Made by a program: the position numbers and the translations under genes. Below the pieces are notes generated by a model that ran no database searches, was not told the DNA's origin, and saw only the letters and a program-made list of their open reading frames with translations. Of a stretch of 64,000 nucleotides of DNA, positions 1-9,611 are shown in pieces. The first letter of the stretch is position 1. Every line of letters begins with the position of its first letter. Source of the stretch: an uncultured virus (IMG/VR IMGVR_UViG_3300046740_000859) (lineage: Duplodnaviria > Heunggongvirae > Uroviricota > Caudoviricetes); the IMG/VR virus record IMGVR_UViG_3300046740_000859; one strand, given 5' to 3'.

Positions 1-29
1 TCGCCCGAAACCTACGCGGTCGCGTTCGC

Positions 30-2145
30 GTGTCGCGCCGCTTCGACGTCGAATCTCTCGGAGAGGGGCGAGAGAAGCACACCTGCCGCGAGTGCAAGAC
101 GTCCGAGATTGTGGTCGTGGCGCCCCCTGGCGCCGATCTGAGGGTCATCGAGAGGCTCACGGCCTACCGGTCGCGCGGGGGCGTCACCGGCGTCTGCAAG
201 ACGTGCTCGAAAGCGAGGGCGGCTGAGCTCTACCCGTTGCCCGGGGAGGGTTGGAGACGATGAACGCGATCGAGCACTCCTGGACGAGCGGCCGTTGCCC
301 CTGCTGCCGCAAGAAGACCGAGATTGTGCTCGGGGCGCTCCTCAACATGACCTCCAGAGGGTGGGACAACCTCATGGGACGGGCGCGAGCGGCGGAGCTC
401 GCCCGAACCGGCACGTGCCCGTGGTGCGGACGAGAGACCACCATCGTCGCCAAGATCCTGATCGGGCGATTCGAGCCCACGTTGAACTCGTACGCGCGAG
501 AGGGGGCTGTTTAGTGGGCGTTCTCTTCCCCAACGAGGCCGCGATCTACGAAGGTGCTCGTCTAAGAGGCCGCGAAGGGGACGAACGCTCGTTCGCGCGA
601 GAGCTCGAGTCCGCGGCTTGGGCCGGAGATATCGATCAGCTTCATGAGCTAGCGCCCTGCGATTGCTGCTGCGACGAGCACACGTTCGGAAACTGTCCGG
701 CGAGGGCGTGGGGTGGCTGCCGCGGGCAAAATGCGATGACCCGTGAAGATGAACGCGGGCGGCAACGTCACTACGAGCAGTTTCACAACATGACGGAAGA
801 TCAATTCTACGGGTTAGAGCGAAGGTGAGGCAGGCTTTTCATGAACACCGCAACCGAAACGAAAAAAGAGACGCTGAAGCACACGTTCTCGCTCACCGTC
901 GAGATCGACGAGGGCTGGATCGACTATCTCGTTCAGAGCAACGACATCTTCAACGGGAACCGTGCCGGCTACTGGCTTCGGGGCGTTGAGTTCGAGCCGG
1001 AGCTTGGTTGGCTCTGCTGGGAAGATGACGAGAAGCATCGGTGGCGCAATGAGCCGAACCGCCAGGGCGCGTTGAAAGCGTGGAGAGAAGGCAAACCGCT
1101 CCCCGAGCACTGGTTCCGCCTCGACCGCGCCGCCGCGCTTCGTGCCTGGGAAGAGGGCGTCAAACGATGGGGCGTCGACTGGTACGAGCAGGTCGACGCG
1201 AGCGTCGAAGACACCGTTGTACAGCTCGCGCTGCTCGGCGAGACCCGGTACGGCTGATGGCTTGGCGTCGCACCCAGGCCGGCAACGAATTCGCTCGCCC
1301 CGACAGCGAGCGCGGACTTCACGTGGAAGGGCCACTCACCTCGGAGGACTGGAAGGCTATCCTGCACGACATCGCCGATGAGCTGGCCGATCAGGCGAAA
1401 CGCGAAGGACGAGAAGGGAGAAGCTGATGCCCACCGGCGTCCCCATCGCGCTCAAGTGCCCGAAGTGCCGCCGCGGGCAGTGGGGGCACCCTCGACGGGA
1501 CGAGGGTGTGCGGCAGACTGGCGTCTTTGAGACGAAGATGACGGCTCGGAGCACCCGTCGTGCCGGCAGAGGGCCGCGAGTGTACCGGCAGCTCGTTCGG
1601 TGTCTCGACTGCAAGCACGAGTGGTGGTCGACGCTCCCGGGCGTCGCGAAGGAAGCTTGGAAAGATCTCATCAAGGGGAGAGAAAAATGAATCTGATCGA
1701 CATTCACACCAAGGCCGAGGCGGTAGCGTTCGTGTCCGCCGTGATGCAACACAACCTCTCGTTGCTATCGCCGAACTACCAAACGGCGATGGACGCGAGC
1801 CGCGCCTTCGACGTCAGCGTGCAGGACGTGCTCGAGTTTCGGCGGGAGAAGGCGAGACGAGCATAGATGACTTGGCGCTACTCTCAATGGTCGAGCGGAC
1901 AAATTGGGGACGTATTGAAGTTCGCCGATTTGAAGCTACTCATCGACTGCGCAACTGTGGGCTCCGGTGGGATCAGTGTGGAGTTCGGTTTCATTTGCGC
2001 GAAAAGGAGACTGTTGCGACTCGGTTTCATAGAGGAAAATCCACATTGGAGCGACAACGTACGCATCACGGGAGCAGGGTGGCGGCACGTTGTCGCTGTG
2101 CTGAGAACTGATGCGAGGCGTGCGGCGAAGAAACGGTTGACGTAA
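30..2145 (+). CDS. Cluster of about 8 small, tightly overlapping phage early-type hypothetical ORFs (30-263, 260-514, 514-828, 841-1257, 1427-1690, 1687-1866, 1867-2145), several with CxxC Zn-finger pairs
   Basis: Coupled stop/start junctions; CxxC...CxxC motifs (CREC/CKTC, CPCC/CPWC, CPKC/CLDC); no family recognised. Confidence 0.55.
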
Positions 2146-2238
2146 CGCCCCCCATCGCGATACGACCCCGCCGCCACTCGTCCTTCCGACGAGACGAGGG
2201 GCACCGAGCTTTCGAGCTAGGAGCCCCTCTCGGCCCAT

Positions 2239-2883
2239 TCATTTCAGCTTCGAGAGCAGTGCTCGGTAGCTCCTAGCCCGCGCCGCCGGCATGCCCGAGA
2301 GCACGTACTCGCAGTTGGCGTCAGGGTGGTGATACAGGCTGAACGCCGCCGCGGCGGACGTGAAATTGTCTCCTCGAAGTCGGCACCTGTGGATCTGCCA
2401 CGCGAACGTCCTGACCCCCGCCAGTGCGCAATGAGCGGTCGCTTCTGCCGAGAGCCCCACCGTCGCGGCGAGCTCTTCGGGCGTCACGCGATACTTCGGG
2501 TCAGGAACCGCCGAAACGAGCCGGTGGAGCTGCAAGAGGCAGCGCTCGCCCGCGGGCCCCAGCTTGTCTCCGGAGTGCACTTCCCTGACGAGACCGCTTT
2601 CCCATTTCGCACCTGCCCCGACGAGCGCAACGCACTGCTTGAAGGTCCATCCGAGCTTCTCGTCGAACGGGAACTCGGCGCACGCCTTCGGGATCGCGTC
2701 GGCGACCCACCGGATCCGCTCCTGTCGTTGCTCCTCGGTCTCGTGGCGGTGCGTCAAGTCAACCCGACCCGCGTGGTAGGCGAGGAGGTCTTCGTAGAGA
2801 TCGTCCGAGACGATTGCTTGCTCCGGAACACCAAGAGATCCGACCAGTATGAGTGTCAAGAGGAGTTTCAGCATGGTGTTCAA
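2239..2883 (-). CDS. Secreted lysozyme-fold / lytic transglycosylase-like protein
   Basis: N-terminal hydrophobic signal (LLLTLILVGSLG); AKWESGL catalytic-Glu-like motif followed by GERCLLQLH (GLMQ-like). Confidence 0.5.
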   Translation of the reverse strand: MNTMLKLLLTLILVGSLGVPEQAIVSDDLYEDLLAYHAGRVDLTHRHETEEQRQERIRWVADAIPKACAEFPFDEKLGWTFKQCVALVGAGAKWESGLVREVHSGDKLGPAGERCLLQLHRLVSAVPDPKYRVTPEELAATVGLSAEATAHCALAGVRTFAWQIHRCRLRGDNFTSAAAAFSLYHHPDANCEYVLSGMPAARARSYRALLSKLK

Positions 2884-2921
2884 GTACCACAGGGGCGAGA
2901 AACAGCGCTAGTATTGGCGCC

Positions 2922-3263
2922 GTGAGCGCTCAGAACCAAGTACGCGCTCTTTCACGGATCCGGAGAGCTCTCGCAGCGGCCGAAGCGGAAGTCGTCGAGA
3001 GTGAACGCGAATTCTTGGAGGCCGGTGGGGTGATGCCCCCCGATGTCGACGCCGCACTCCGTGCTTTCCATGCGAGGGTGCGTATGGCCAACGGTCCGAT
3101 CGCTGCGCACGCGAAGCTGTTGAACGATGAGTACGACGATCAGAAGACTCCGGCGCGGACTCCGAGCGCGATGATTCGAGCGGCTGATCCGGAGGCGGTG
3201 CGGGCGTTCGAGAGGAGCGTGGAGTTGATGAAGGAGAAGAAGGAGCCGCCGACGGGGGGCTAA
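2922..3263 (+). CDS. Hypothetical protein
   Basis: Helical ORF with GTG start, divergent from the lysozyme-like gene. Confidence 0.45.
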   Translation: MSAQNQVRALSRIRRALAAAEAEVVESEREFLEAGGVMPPDVDAALRAFHARVRMANGPIAAHAKLLNDEYDDQKTPARTPSAMIRAADPEAVRAFERSVELMKEKKEPPTGG

Positions 3264-3585
3264 GGTTTTCTGACTGGCGGCTCTCCGGCGTTCGCGCGGA
3301 ACGCGTAGTCGTTCAGATCGGCGCCGAACGCCGCGTTCCGACGGCGAGGGTCGTTCTGCGGCACGGGGCCCAGGATCCTCGGGTCCGTTTCTTTGATGGG
3401 GGCCTTCACCGAATTCCATTGGAAGCCGCGAACCACGTGGGTGGGCTTGTCTCCCGTCCACCCCTGCGCGGAGACGGCCGACATGCGATCGATCTCGTAG
3501 CCGGATGCGGTCGAAGCACGCACGCGAGCGATCTGCGTGCCGTTGCCGTACTGCATGAGAAAGCAGTCGCCGATGTTCAGGCCGG

Positions 3586-4689
3586 TCAGCGTCGACGACG
3601 CGCTGACCGTTTGGCTTTTGGGCGGTGGGGCTCATATGCCTCGCGCACGGGAGTGCGGCGTTCACGATGCTCCGCCTCGTTCTTGGCGCCGTCGAGCGAA
3701 GTAAACGGACCGTACTGCTTGCCTTCTATGTGGAGGTTCCACTGTTGAATGGAATGTCTCTTGTCTCCAGGTAGGCTACCCGCGCGTCGAAGCAGGTACG
3801 TACGACCGGTTGCGCCAGTGCCTCGCCACCCTGTGCCGCCACCGCTCGGCTCCCAGCGAATACGCGCTGGGCCGTATGGTGTGCGACCCGATGGGCTTCG
3901 TCGCGTCTCCCCAACCCTCCCGCCACTCATCTCGCCCTTGATCTGCAAGAGCTCGTCCGAGAGCCATTCCTGCGAGGCGTCGAGTGTCTTTCGGAAGCCG
4001 TCGAAGAAGGTGGCAACCAGCGCCGGCCGAGGCTCACTGTCTCCTGGGCGAGCCGCCGCTTCGGGACCCAGCAGTTCGAGGATGTCGCGTCCCCGTAAAT
4101 CTCGCTTCGCGTCCCACTCGAGCTGTTGGAGCATGTTCCACGCGATCACTGTCGCGTCGGCCTTCGTCTCGAGCGGCAGCACGTCGTTTGGATCCATCTT
4201 GCCGGCTTCGTAGAGCTGTTCTCGGATCCAGTCAGCGAAGTAGTCGCTCTGGAGTTGATCCTGCGCGTACTGCTCGCCGGCTCGTTCGGCTTTCTCGGTT
4301 GTCCCTTTTCCGGTCTTGCGCGCCGTCTCCTTCACGGTTCCGTCGGGTACTCCATACGATCCAGGAACCACGACCGACAGCGGCTCGTCCTTCGGTCGAA
4401 TCGCGTCTTCCCACGTGAGCTTCTCGCGGACCCACCACGCAGGCACGTCTCGATCCCACTGGCGTGGGCTGACGCGCGCCACGAGCTCGTAGATCTTCTC
4501 GCCGACCTTATCCTTCGCCTCACGAAGTTTCTCGAACTTCTTCTTCTGGCCGGCGGAGAGCCACTGCGTTTGGAAGTTGTGTCCGTACTTCCTGCCGAGC
4601 TCGATCTCGTATGCGAGCAGCGCTTCGCTTTTCTTGGTGAGATCGGCGCGCAGGCTGTCGAAGCGTTTCTTGTCGGCGTTCAGGCTCAT
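3586..4689 (-). CDS. Multi-domain (polyvalent-type) protein with Arg-rich C-terminal tail
   Basis: 367 aa; segments joined by VKETA, VGETR, VREAY; ends KAKRSARRRR. Confidence 0.7.
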   Translation of the reverse strand: MSLNADKKRFDSLRADLTKKSEALLAYEIELGRKYGHNFQTQWLSAGQKKKFEKLREAKDKVGEKIYELVARVSPRQWDRDVPAWWVREKLTWEDAIRPKDEPLSVVVPGSYGVPDGTVKETARKTGKGTTEKAERAGEQYAQDQLQSDYFADWIREQLYEAGKMDPNDVLPLETKADATVIAWNMLQQLEWDAKRDLRGRDILELLGPEAAARPGDSEPRPALVATFFDGFRKTLDASQEWLSDELLQIKGEMSGGRVGETRRSPSGRTPYGPARIRWEPSGGGTGWRGTGATGRTYLLRRAGSLPGDKRHSIQQWNLHIEGKQYGPFTSLDGAKNEAEHRERRTPVREAYEPHRPKAKRSARRRR

Positions 4690-5840
4690 TGGCGTGTCCT
4701 TGGGTGGCGGCGCGTCTGAGCGCGCTCGGGACGGTGGTGCGCGCTCCGTACAGGGCTCGCTTCCGCTACGAGTCGCCCCGCACTCGCTTCGATCTTGGAC
4801 GCGAAACGCGGAGGCTTGTCGATGACGCTGCGATCAGACGGGGCCTGCGTGTGCCAGTAGCCGTTCTGGTACCACACGCGAGCTTCCTCGTACTTGCCGT
4901 CAGAGCGAGGAAAGTAGAGCCTCGTGTGCTCGGGGACCTTTTCGTGGATCGAGACGTGCGTCGCTCCTTCGCCGCGCGCGTGCGCAATGAGGTCGTCGAG
5001 CGAGTTGAAGTCGGCGACGCGGTGGCCGCTGGCTTCGCGCATGCCGTAGCTCTTCGTGGTCACCGTCTCGATTTGGTTCGGCGACACACCTGGCAAGCTC
5101 TCGTCGCCTGGGCTGCTACCCGCGACGAACATGTAGTTCCACAGACGAGGCGGGCCTCCGGGTGAGTAGTAGCCGATGAGCCCGTCGGGGAAACGGACGT
5201 GCACCTGAAGCAGATCGCGGCGCTCGTCCTTCGCCAGCGCGTAAGAAGGCGCCGGGTAGGCACGAAGAACGACCGCTCTGGCATCTGATAGCGCTTGGAT
5301 CAAGCGTTGTTGGCTGCCGCTCGATTGGCGCGCGATGGTCTTGGCTGCGGTTTCGTCGGCGACACGCGGCGAGACGAAGTGGTGCGAGGGCGAGGGGGGT
5401 TTGGGGTAGTGATGAGCTTCGCGCACACTACGTGCGATACGTTCCAGCGGTGTCCCGTAAATCACCCTCTCGCCGTCCTCGTCCTCGTCGCCGAGATACA
5501 AATCGAACTCGCCGTACTCCTTCGAGGCGTCGGTGAGCTTCGTCGCTTGCGGCTCAGGCCAGTCGCCGTCCCAGAATCCTGCGCCGTGGCCGTTGCGGGT
5601 GAGCCAGAAGTCATGGCCCGCTCGTCCGTAGTCCCCGCCTCCTTCATCGATGAGGGTACCGAACCGTTCCTGGAAGTCGGCGCAGTCGGCGATCATCTTG
5701 TCGCGCGTCGCCGGATCGAAGTCTTCGATGCCGTAGTTCTTGTCGAGCGGCTCTCCGCCGCTGTCGTCGCTCTCGTCGTTCGAGGACCAGAGCGCTGTAT
5801 CGAAGTATTGTTGCGTGAATTCGTCCATGCGGGCCATCAT
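4686..5840 (-). CDS. Multi-domain protein with Arg-rich tail; acidic N-terminal domain containing GHDFWLTRNGHGAGFWD
   Basis: Start reassigned to ATG 5840 (ATGA overlap, AAGGAG SD); linkers VREAH, MREAS, VAEAS; ends TRRHPRTRQ. Confidence 0.7.
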   Translation of the reverse strand: MMARMDEFTQQYFDTALWSSNDESDDSGGEPLDKNYGIEDFDPATRDKMIADCADFQERFGTLIDEGGGDYGRAGHDFWLTRNGHGAGFWDGDWPEPQATKLTDASKEYGEFDLYLGDEDEDGERVIYGTPLERIARSVREAHHYPKPPSPSHHFVSPRVADETAAKTIARQSSGSQQRLIQALSDARAVVLRAYPAPSYALAKDERRDLLQVHVRFPDGLIGYYSPGGPPRLWNYMFVAGSSPGDESLPGVSPNQIETVTTKSYGMREASGHRVADFNSLDDLIAHARGEGATHVSIHEKVPEHTRLYFPRSDGKYEEARVWYQNGYWHTQAPSDRSVIDKPPRFASKIEASAGRLVAEASPVRSAHHRPERAQTRRHPRTRQ

Positions 5841-7015
5841 CGTCTCCTTCGAGGTGCCGGACGTCGGTCTCCGTAGCGAGACGCCTCGCCCGTCCGTTGC
5901 TGTTGACGCTTTTTCCACCACGGAGTGTAGGCGAACGGGATGTCGATCCAGCGTTCCCCGTCTTGGCCCGTGAACGAGCGTGCGTTCGCAGCCTCCGGGC
6001 CACCGTGCGCGCGAATGATCGCATTCGCCTCTGCGGTCCACTTCACGTAGAGGTCAGACTCGTGATGGTCGAGCTGTTGGCCTGCGGCCTTGAGCTTGTC
6101 GTAGAGCGACTTGCCTTCTCGCGTTTCGCGTGCGGTGGTTCCGATCCCTCTGCTAGACGCTCCGGTGCGTATGTCGACGTGATCGTACTCGCCGTGCTCA
6201 GCCGAATTTCGGAAGCTCGTCTCGAGTTGCTTGGCCACCTCGTGCCGCGTAGCTGGGTTGAACATCGTGCTCCAGTCTCTTTCAGAGGAGCTGAACTCTT
6301 TCGCGTAGCGTTTCGCGCCTGACTCGACGATGTACCCAAAGAGCGTCACAGCACGCTCGGGATCGTACGTGCCCTTACGCCACTTGCGGAGCGCATTGAG
6401 GAGCACGTCGCGCCCTTGGCCGCGCGGACCGTCGGGGGAAAGGTCGGAGGTGTTCTCGATGTAGAGCACGAGCTCGGTGGCTGCATGCTCGTCTACCGGA
6501 TCGCGGTGAACTGACGCCCCTCGTCTGCTCTCATGTACCGTCGCGCTCTCCGGACGACTACCCCAGTACGCTCCGCCGAAGTCCTCCTCGGTCGGAACGT
6601 AGTCCGGGTAGAACTTGCGAATGAAATGCACGCCCGCGTGTTCGTCGGCGTTCGCGATCGGGTCTCGGTCTCGATCGGCGATCATCACCGATGCGTTCCA
6701 CTGCTCGTTCTTCGGAGCGTTCGGGTTGCGGTACATGCTCCGGAAGTAGCCAAGCACCTGCTGGCGCCAGTCTACGATCTCGGGGCTGTTGATCGGCGGC
6801 GGCTTCCAGCTCTTGAGCAGCTTTTTCGCTTCGGAGCGAGTGCTCGAGTCGAGCCACGTGGACTCGACTGCCCCGGTGAGGCTCATGCCTCCTCGATTTT
6901 CCGGACGGCGGCGGAGATCCGTCTCGACGTGCCAGTCATGTTCCGGGTGAGTCGGAGGATTCAGGAACCCACCCATGCCCGGGTTGACGATTCGGCCCTT
7001 CTCGGTGCGTGCCAT
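5837..7015 (-). CDS. Multi-domain protein with Arg-rich tail
   Basis: Start ATG 7015 with AAGGAG SD; linkers VHESR, ARETR, TGEAS; ends RRPAPRRRR. Confidence 0.7.
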   Translation of the reverse strand: MARTEKGRIVNPGMGGFLNPPTHPEHDWHVETDLRRRPENRGGMSLTGAVESTWLDSSTRSEAKKLLKSWKPPPINSPEIVDWRQQVLGYFRSMYRNPNAPKNEQWNASVMIADRDRDPIANADEHAGVHFIRKFYPDYVPTEEDFGGAYWGSRPESATVHESRRGASVHRDPVDEHAATELVLYIENTSDLSPDGPRGQGRDVLLNALRKWRKGTYDPERAVTLFGYIVESGAKRYAKEFSSSERDWSTMFNPATRHEVAKQLETSFRNSAEHGEYDHVDIRTGASSRGIGTTARETREGKSLYDKLKAAGQQLDHHESDLYVKWTAEANAIIRAHGGPEAANARSFTGQDGERWIDIPFAYTPWWKKRQQQRTGEASRYGDRRPAPRRRR

Positions 7016-7017
7016 GT

Positions 7018-8289
7018 TCAACGTCTCCTTCGGCGCCGTGGCGCCTCTTCGGTATGATCTGTTTCCGGTTCCGAGCTCCATACGAGCTCTCCGTCGCGCG
7101 TGATGACCCTCACCACGTCGCCCTCGAACGTCGGGTCACGAAGGAGCTTCTTCGCTTCGCGGATGGCCGCTTGCTCGTCGTTGAGCGAGAACGTCTCGCC
7201 ACCGCCACCGCCCAAGCCTCCGACGATGGTTCCGTCGCTGTACATTCCCTGCACGACGTAGTCGCCGTCTTCGATGTGGGCGTTCGGATCTTTCTTACCC
7301 CAGATCGAGGCCCATCCACTCGTGTCGCTCGCGATCTCGTCGTAGCGATCCTTGGGCCACCACTCGATCCCTTGAGCCGCCTCTTTGACCGTTTCGATAG
7401 GCAGTTCCATGTCGCTCGCTACGAAGCGGATGGCGTGTTCGGGGTCCACCATCGCCTCTTCGGAGGGCACCTTGCCGCCGCCGTCGAGCATCTCGTAGCC
7501 TTCCTTTTCCAAGTCGCCCTCGACGCCCGCGAGCGTCTTCTCGCTCTCGATGTCGCCGTTCACGCCCACCGCGTCTCCGAAATCGGCGACACCGACTAGC
7601 GTCTTCGGATCGAACCCGTCACGCTCGGCGTCGTCTGCCGCTTGATCGCCAACGGTGCTCCATGCTTGCGCGGAGCTTTGGTTGGCCATCTCTTCGACCT
7701 TCTTCTCGAGGTTCTCTCGGATCTCGCTGTAGCCGAGCACGTCGTCACGGAACGACTCGTCCTCGTCGGCGAGATAGTCGCGTAGGTTTGCAATCTCACT
7801 TCTCGACGACCATTTCACCTCGTAGTCCGGTAGGTCTTCAGACCATCCGGAGTTACCCTCGTCGCCGCGCCCGTAGTCGAGCAACGCCGACGCGATTGTG
7901 AGCGCGCGCTGTTCGGGAGTTATCTTCTCGAACCACTCCTCGGGATGCTCCAGGTCGATACCGATGGAATCGAGCGCGCTCCGTACGTCGTCGTTCTTCA
8001 GGTCGAGATCGGCGAGATCGAACCACGCTTCCTTCGTCCAGAATGGAAAACCGACATCGGCAGCTTCTTTGTCGCCTACGTACTCGCGCACCGGCTGGAT
8101 CTTGAGCAGTTCGATGTGGTTCCCGTCGGCCATCGCGATTGTGCCACCGTGCGCCCCAGGATCTACGTCGCCCTCGATCTGTTCCCAGGACATCTTCGGA
8201 ATTCGGATTTCCAACTCCTCGGGGGTGTCCGGGAATCCGGGGAGACTCGGTTGTCGACGGCTTCGCATTTTTCTTGTTGCCATGATCAC
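7018..8289 (-). CDS. Acidic protein with basic N-terminus and poly-Arg C-terminus
   Basis: 423 aa, very D/E-rich body; starts ATRKMRSRR, ends TEEAPRRRRRR. Confidence 0.7.
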   Translation of the reverse strand: MIMATRKMRSRRQPSLPGFPDTPEELEIRIPKMSWEQIEGDVDPGAHGGTIAMADGNHIELLKIQPVREYVGDKEAADVGFPFWTKEAWFDLADLDLKNDDVRSALDSIGIDLEHPEEWFEKITPEQRALTIASALLDYGRGDEGNSGWSEDLPDYEVKWSSRSEIANLRDYLADEDESFRDDVLGYSEIRENLEKKVEEMANQSSAQAWSTVGDQAADDAERDGFDPKTLVGVADFGDAVGVNGDIESEKTLAGVEGDLEKEGYEMLDGGGKVPSEEAMVDPEHAIRFVASDMELPIETVKEAAQGIEWWPKDRYDEIASDTSGWASIWGKKDPNAHIEDGDYVVQGMYSDGTIVGGLGGGGGETFSLNDEQAAIREAKKLLRDPTFEGDVVRVITRDGELVWSSEPETDHTEEAPRRRRRR

Positions 8290-8897
8290 ACCCTCGATTC
8301 GATCACGCTGCCGTCACCGTCGAGCAAGTCGACGTTGCCGCGTTCGTTGACGTAGTAGACGTTCGGGAACCAGTTGGAGGCTTTCATGTGCTCTTCGATG
8401 GCGCTGAGAGCCTCGTCCATGTCCTTGTAGTGCCCGACGTGCTTGTGCTCGTTCACGACGTCGTAGCCGCCACCGCGCGAGTCCGAGATGACGTAGCCGC
8501 TCGCCATCTCTTCGTCCGAGAAGAGATCCTCGTCCTCCTCATCTTCCGACTCGTCCCCCTCGTCGCCCTCTTCTTCGTCGTCTTCGCCGTCATCCTCATT
8601 TTCTTCGAGAACGCCGTCGTCGTCGCCTTGCGCGAAGTGTTCTTTCGCTTGATCGATCAGATCGCGCGCTAGATCCTTCGAGTCGAAACGGCGATTGTCT
8701 CCCGGTACACTCGAGGCCCCCCAGTACCCGCGATGATCTTGATCGTAGTCCGACGATCCCCATCGCACCGCCCAGTCGCCGTCAGGGTACACTTGGAGTC
8801 GAACGTCGATGCCGCCATCGTCGCCGTCTGGCGCCGATTGCTGCTTGTTGATCGCGCGTAGTTCGGTTGCGACATCATCAATTTTCGGGAAACGCAT
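8286..8897 (-). CDS. Two-domain acidic protein with poly-D/E linker
   Basis: Start ATG 8897 overlapping upstream stop; EENEDDGEDDEEEGDEGDESEDEEDED tract. Confidence 0.65.
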   Translation of the reverse strand: MRFPKIDDVATELRAINKQQSAPDGDDGGIDVRLQVYPDGDWAVRWGSSDYDQDHRGYWGASSVPGDNRRFDSKDLARDLIDQAKEHFAQGDDDGVLEENEDDGEDDEEEGDEGDESEDEEDEDLFSDEEMASGYVISDSRGGGYDVVNEHKHVGHYKDMDEALSAIEEHMKASNWFPNVYYVNERGNVDLLDGDGSVIESRV

Positions 8898-9298
8898 CAC
8901 GTCCTCCACTCGACCCACATCGGGTCAACTTCGACCGGTAACTCTGACGTGGGCACGCCCACCGTCTTCAAAATTCCTCGGAGCGTTTTCCATTCCTCCG
9001 CGGCGATCTCGTCGAGGTACTCCTGCTCGGAGTCGCTCTCGATGCCGGCGAGGCCGCCGCTCTCGAGCACCTGCGTGACGCCCTCGATGACGACCTCGGC
9101 CTGAGCGTGGGCGTACACGAAGTTGAACTTGCCTCGCTCGTATTCGGCGCGTCGATCCTCGAATTCATCCTGGTCTAGGTACGAGGTGTCGGGCTCCGGA
9201 TCCTGCTCGAAGATCACACGGATCCCTTGCAGCTTCACCTGCGACTTGCGGGCAGGGGCTGCGACGACACGCCGACGCGTGTGCGCAATCGAACTCAT
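8897..9298 (-). CDS. Acidic hypothetical protein, first gene of the minus-strand operon
   Basis: 133 aa, basic N-terminus then acidic body; directly downstream of a sigma70-like promoter. Confidence 0.6.
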   Translation of the reverse strand: MSSIAHTRRRVVAAPARKSQVKLQGIRVIFEQDPEPDTSYLDQDEFEDRRAEYERGKFNFVYAHAQAEVVIEGVTQVLESGGLAGIESDSEQEYLDEIAAEEWKTLRGILKTVGVPTSELPVEVDPMWVEWRT

Positions 9299-9309
9299 CT
9301 TGTACGGAC

Positions 9310-9338
9310 AGTGTCTCGCGCCTTCGGGGTCCCGTCAA
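9310..9338 (-). promoter_or_regulatory. Sigma70-like promoter for the 3.3-9.3 kb operon
   Basis: TTGACG-N17-GACACT, 11 nt upstream of ATG 9298. Confidence 0.5.
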
Positions 9339-9342
9339 GAAG

Positions 9343-9545
9343 GCGACGCCGGTCTTCCCCACCCGCTCGGGGGCTCTCAGGGTACTTGACCCGAAACGTG
9401 ACGCCCCCACCGGGGGTTGTCGGCCCTCTTTTTCCTTGGAGGCGCTTGCTTCCGCCTCGTCGGGAGCTGCCGAGCGTCTCCGCTCGTAGACCGGTTAGTC
9501 GCATGTCCCTAGGACGCCCGAGGGCGACTGGATCTGACATGGGGT
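9343..9545 (-). ncRNA. Candidate structured non-coding RNA (unassigned)
   Basis: Intergenic; closing helix GCGAC..CCGGTCT / AGACCGG..GTCGC encloses several hairpins, including CGAGCG-GAGA-CGCTCG (GNRA loop). Confidence 0.5.
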
Positions 9546-9611
9546 TGCGCGAGAATGAAGAAGGGTGTACGGGTAGTGAATAGACGGCGAACCGGGCCGT
9601 CTCACCCGTCG

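Noticed and set aside
5841..7032. Repeated CGAAGGAGACG as a mobile-element end
   Set aside because: Explained by Arg codons doubling as the SD of the next gene
9343..9545. TPP, cobalamin or hammerhead assignment from CTGAGA/GGGAAG fragments
   Set aside because: Remaining consensus elements are missing; left as unassigned RNA
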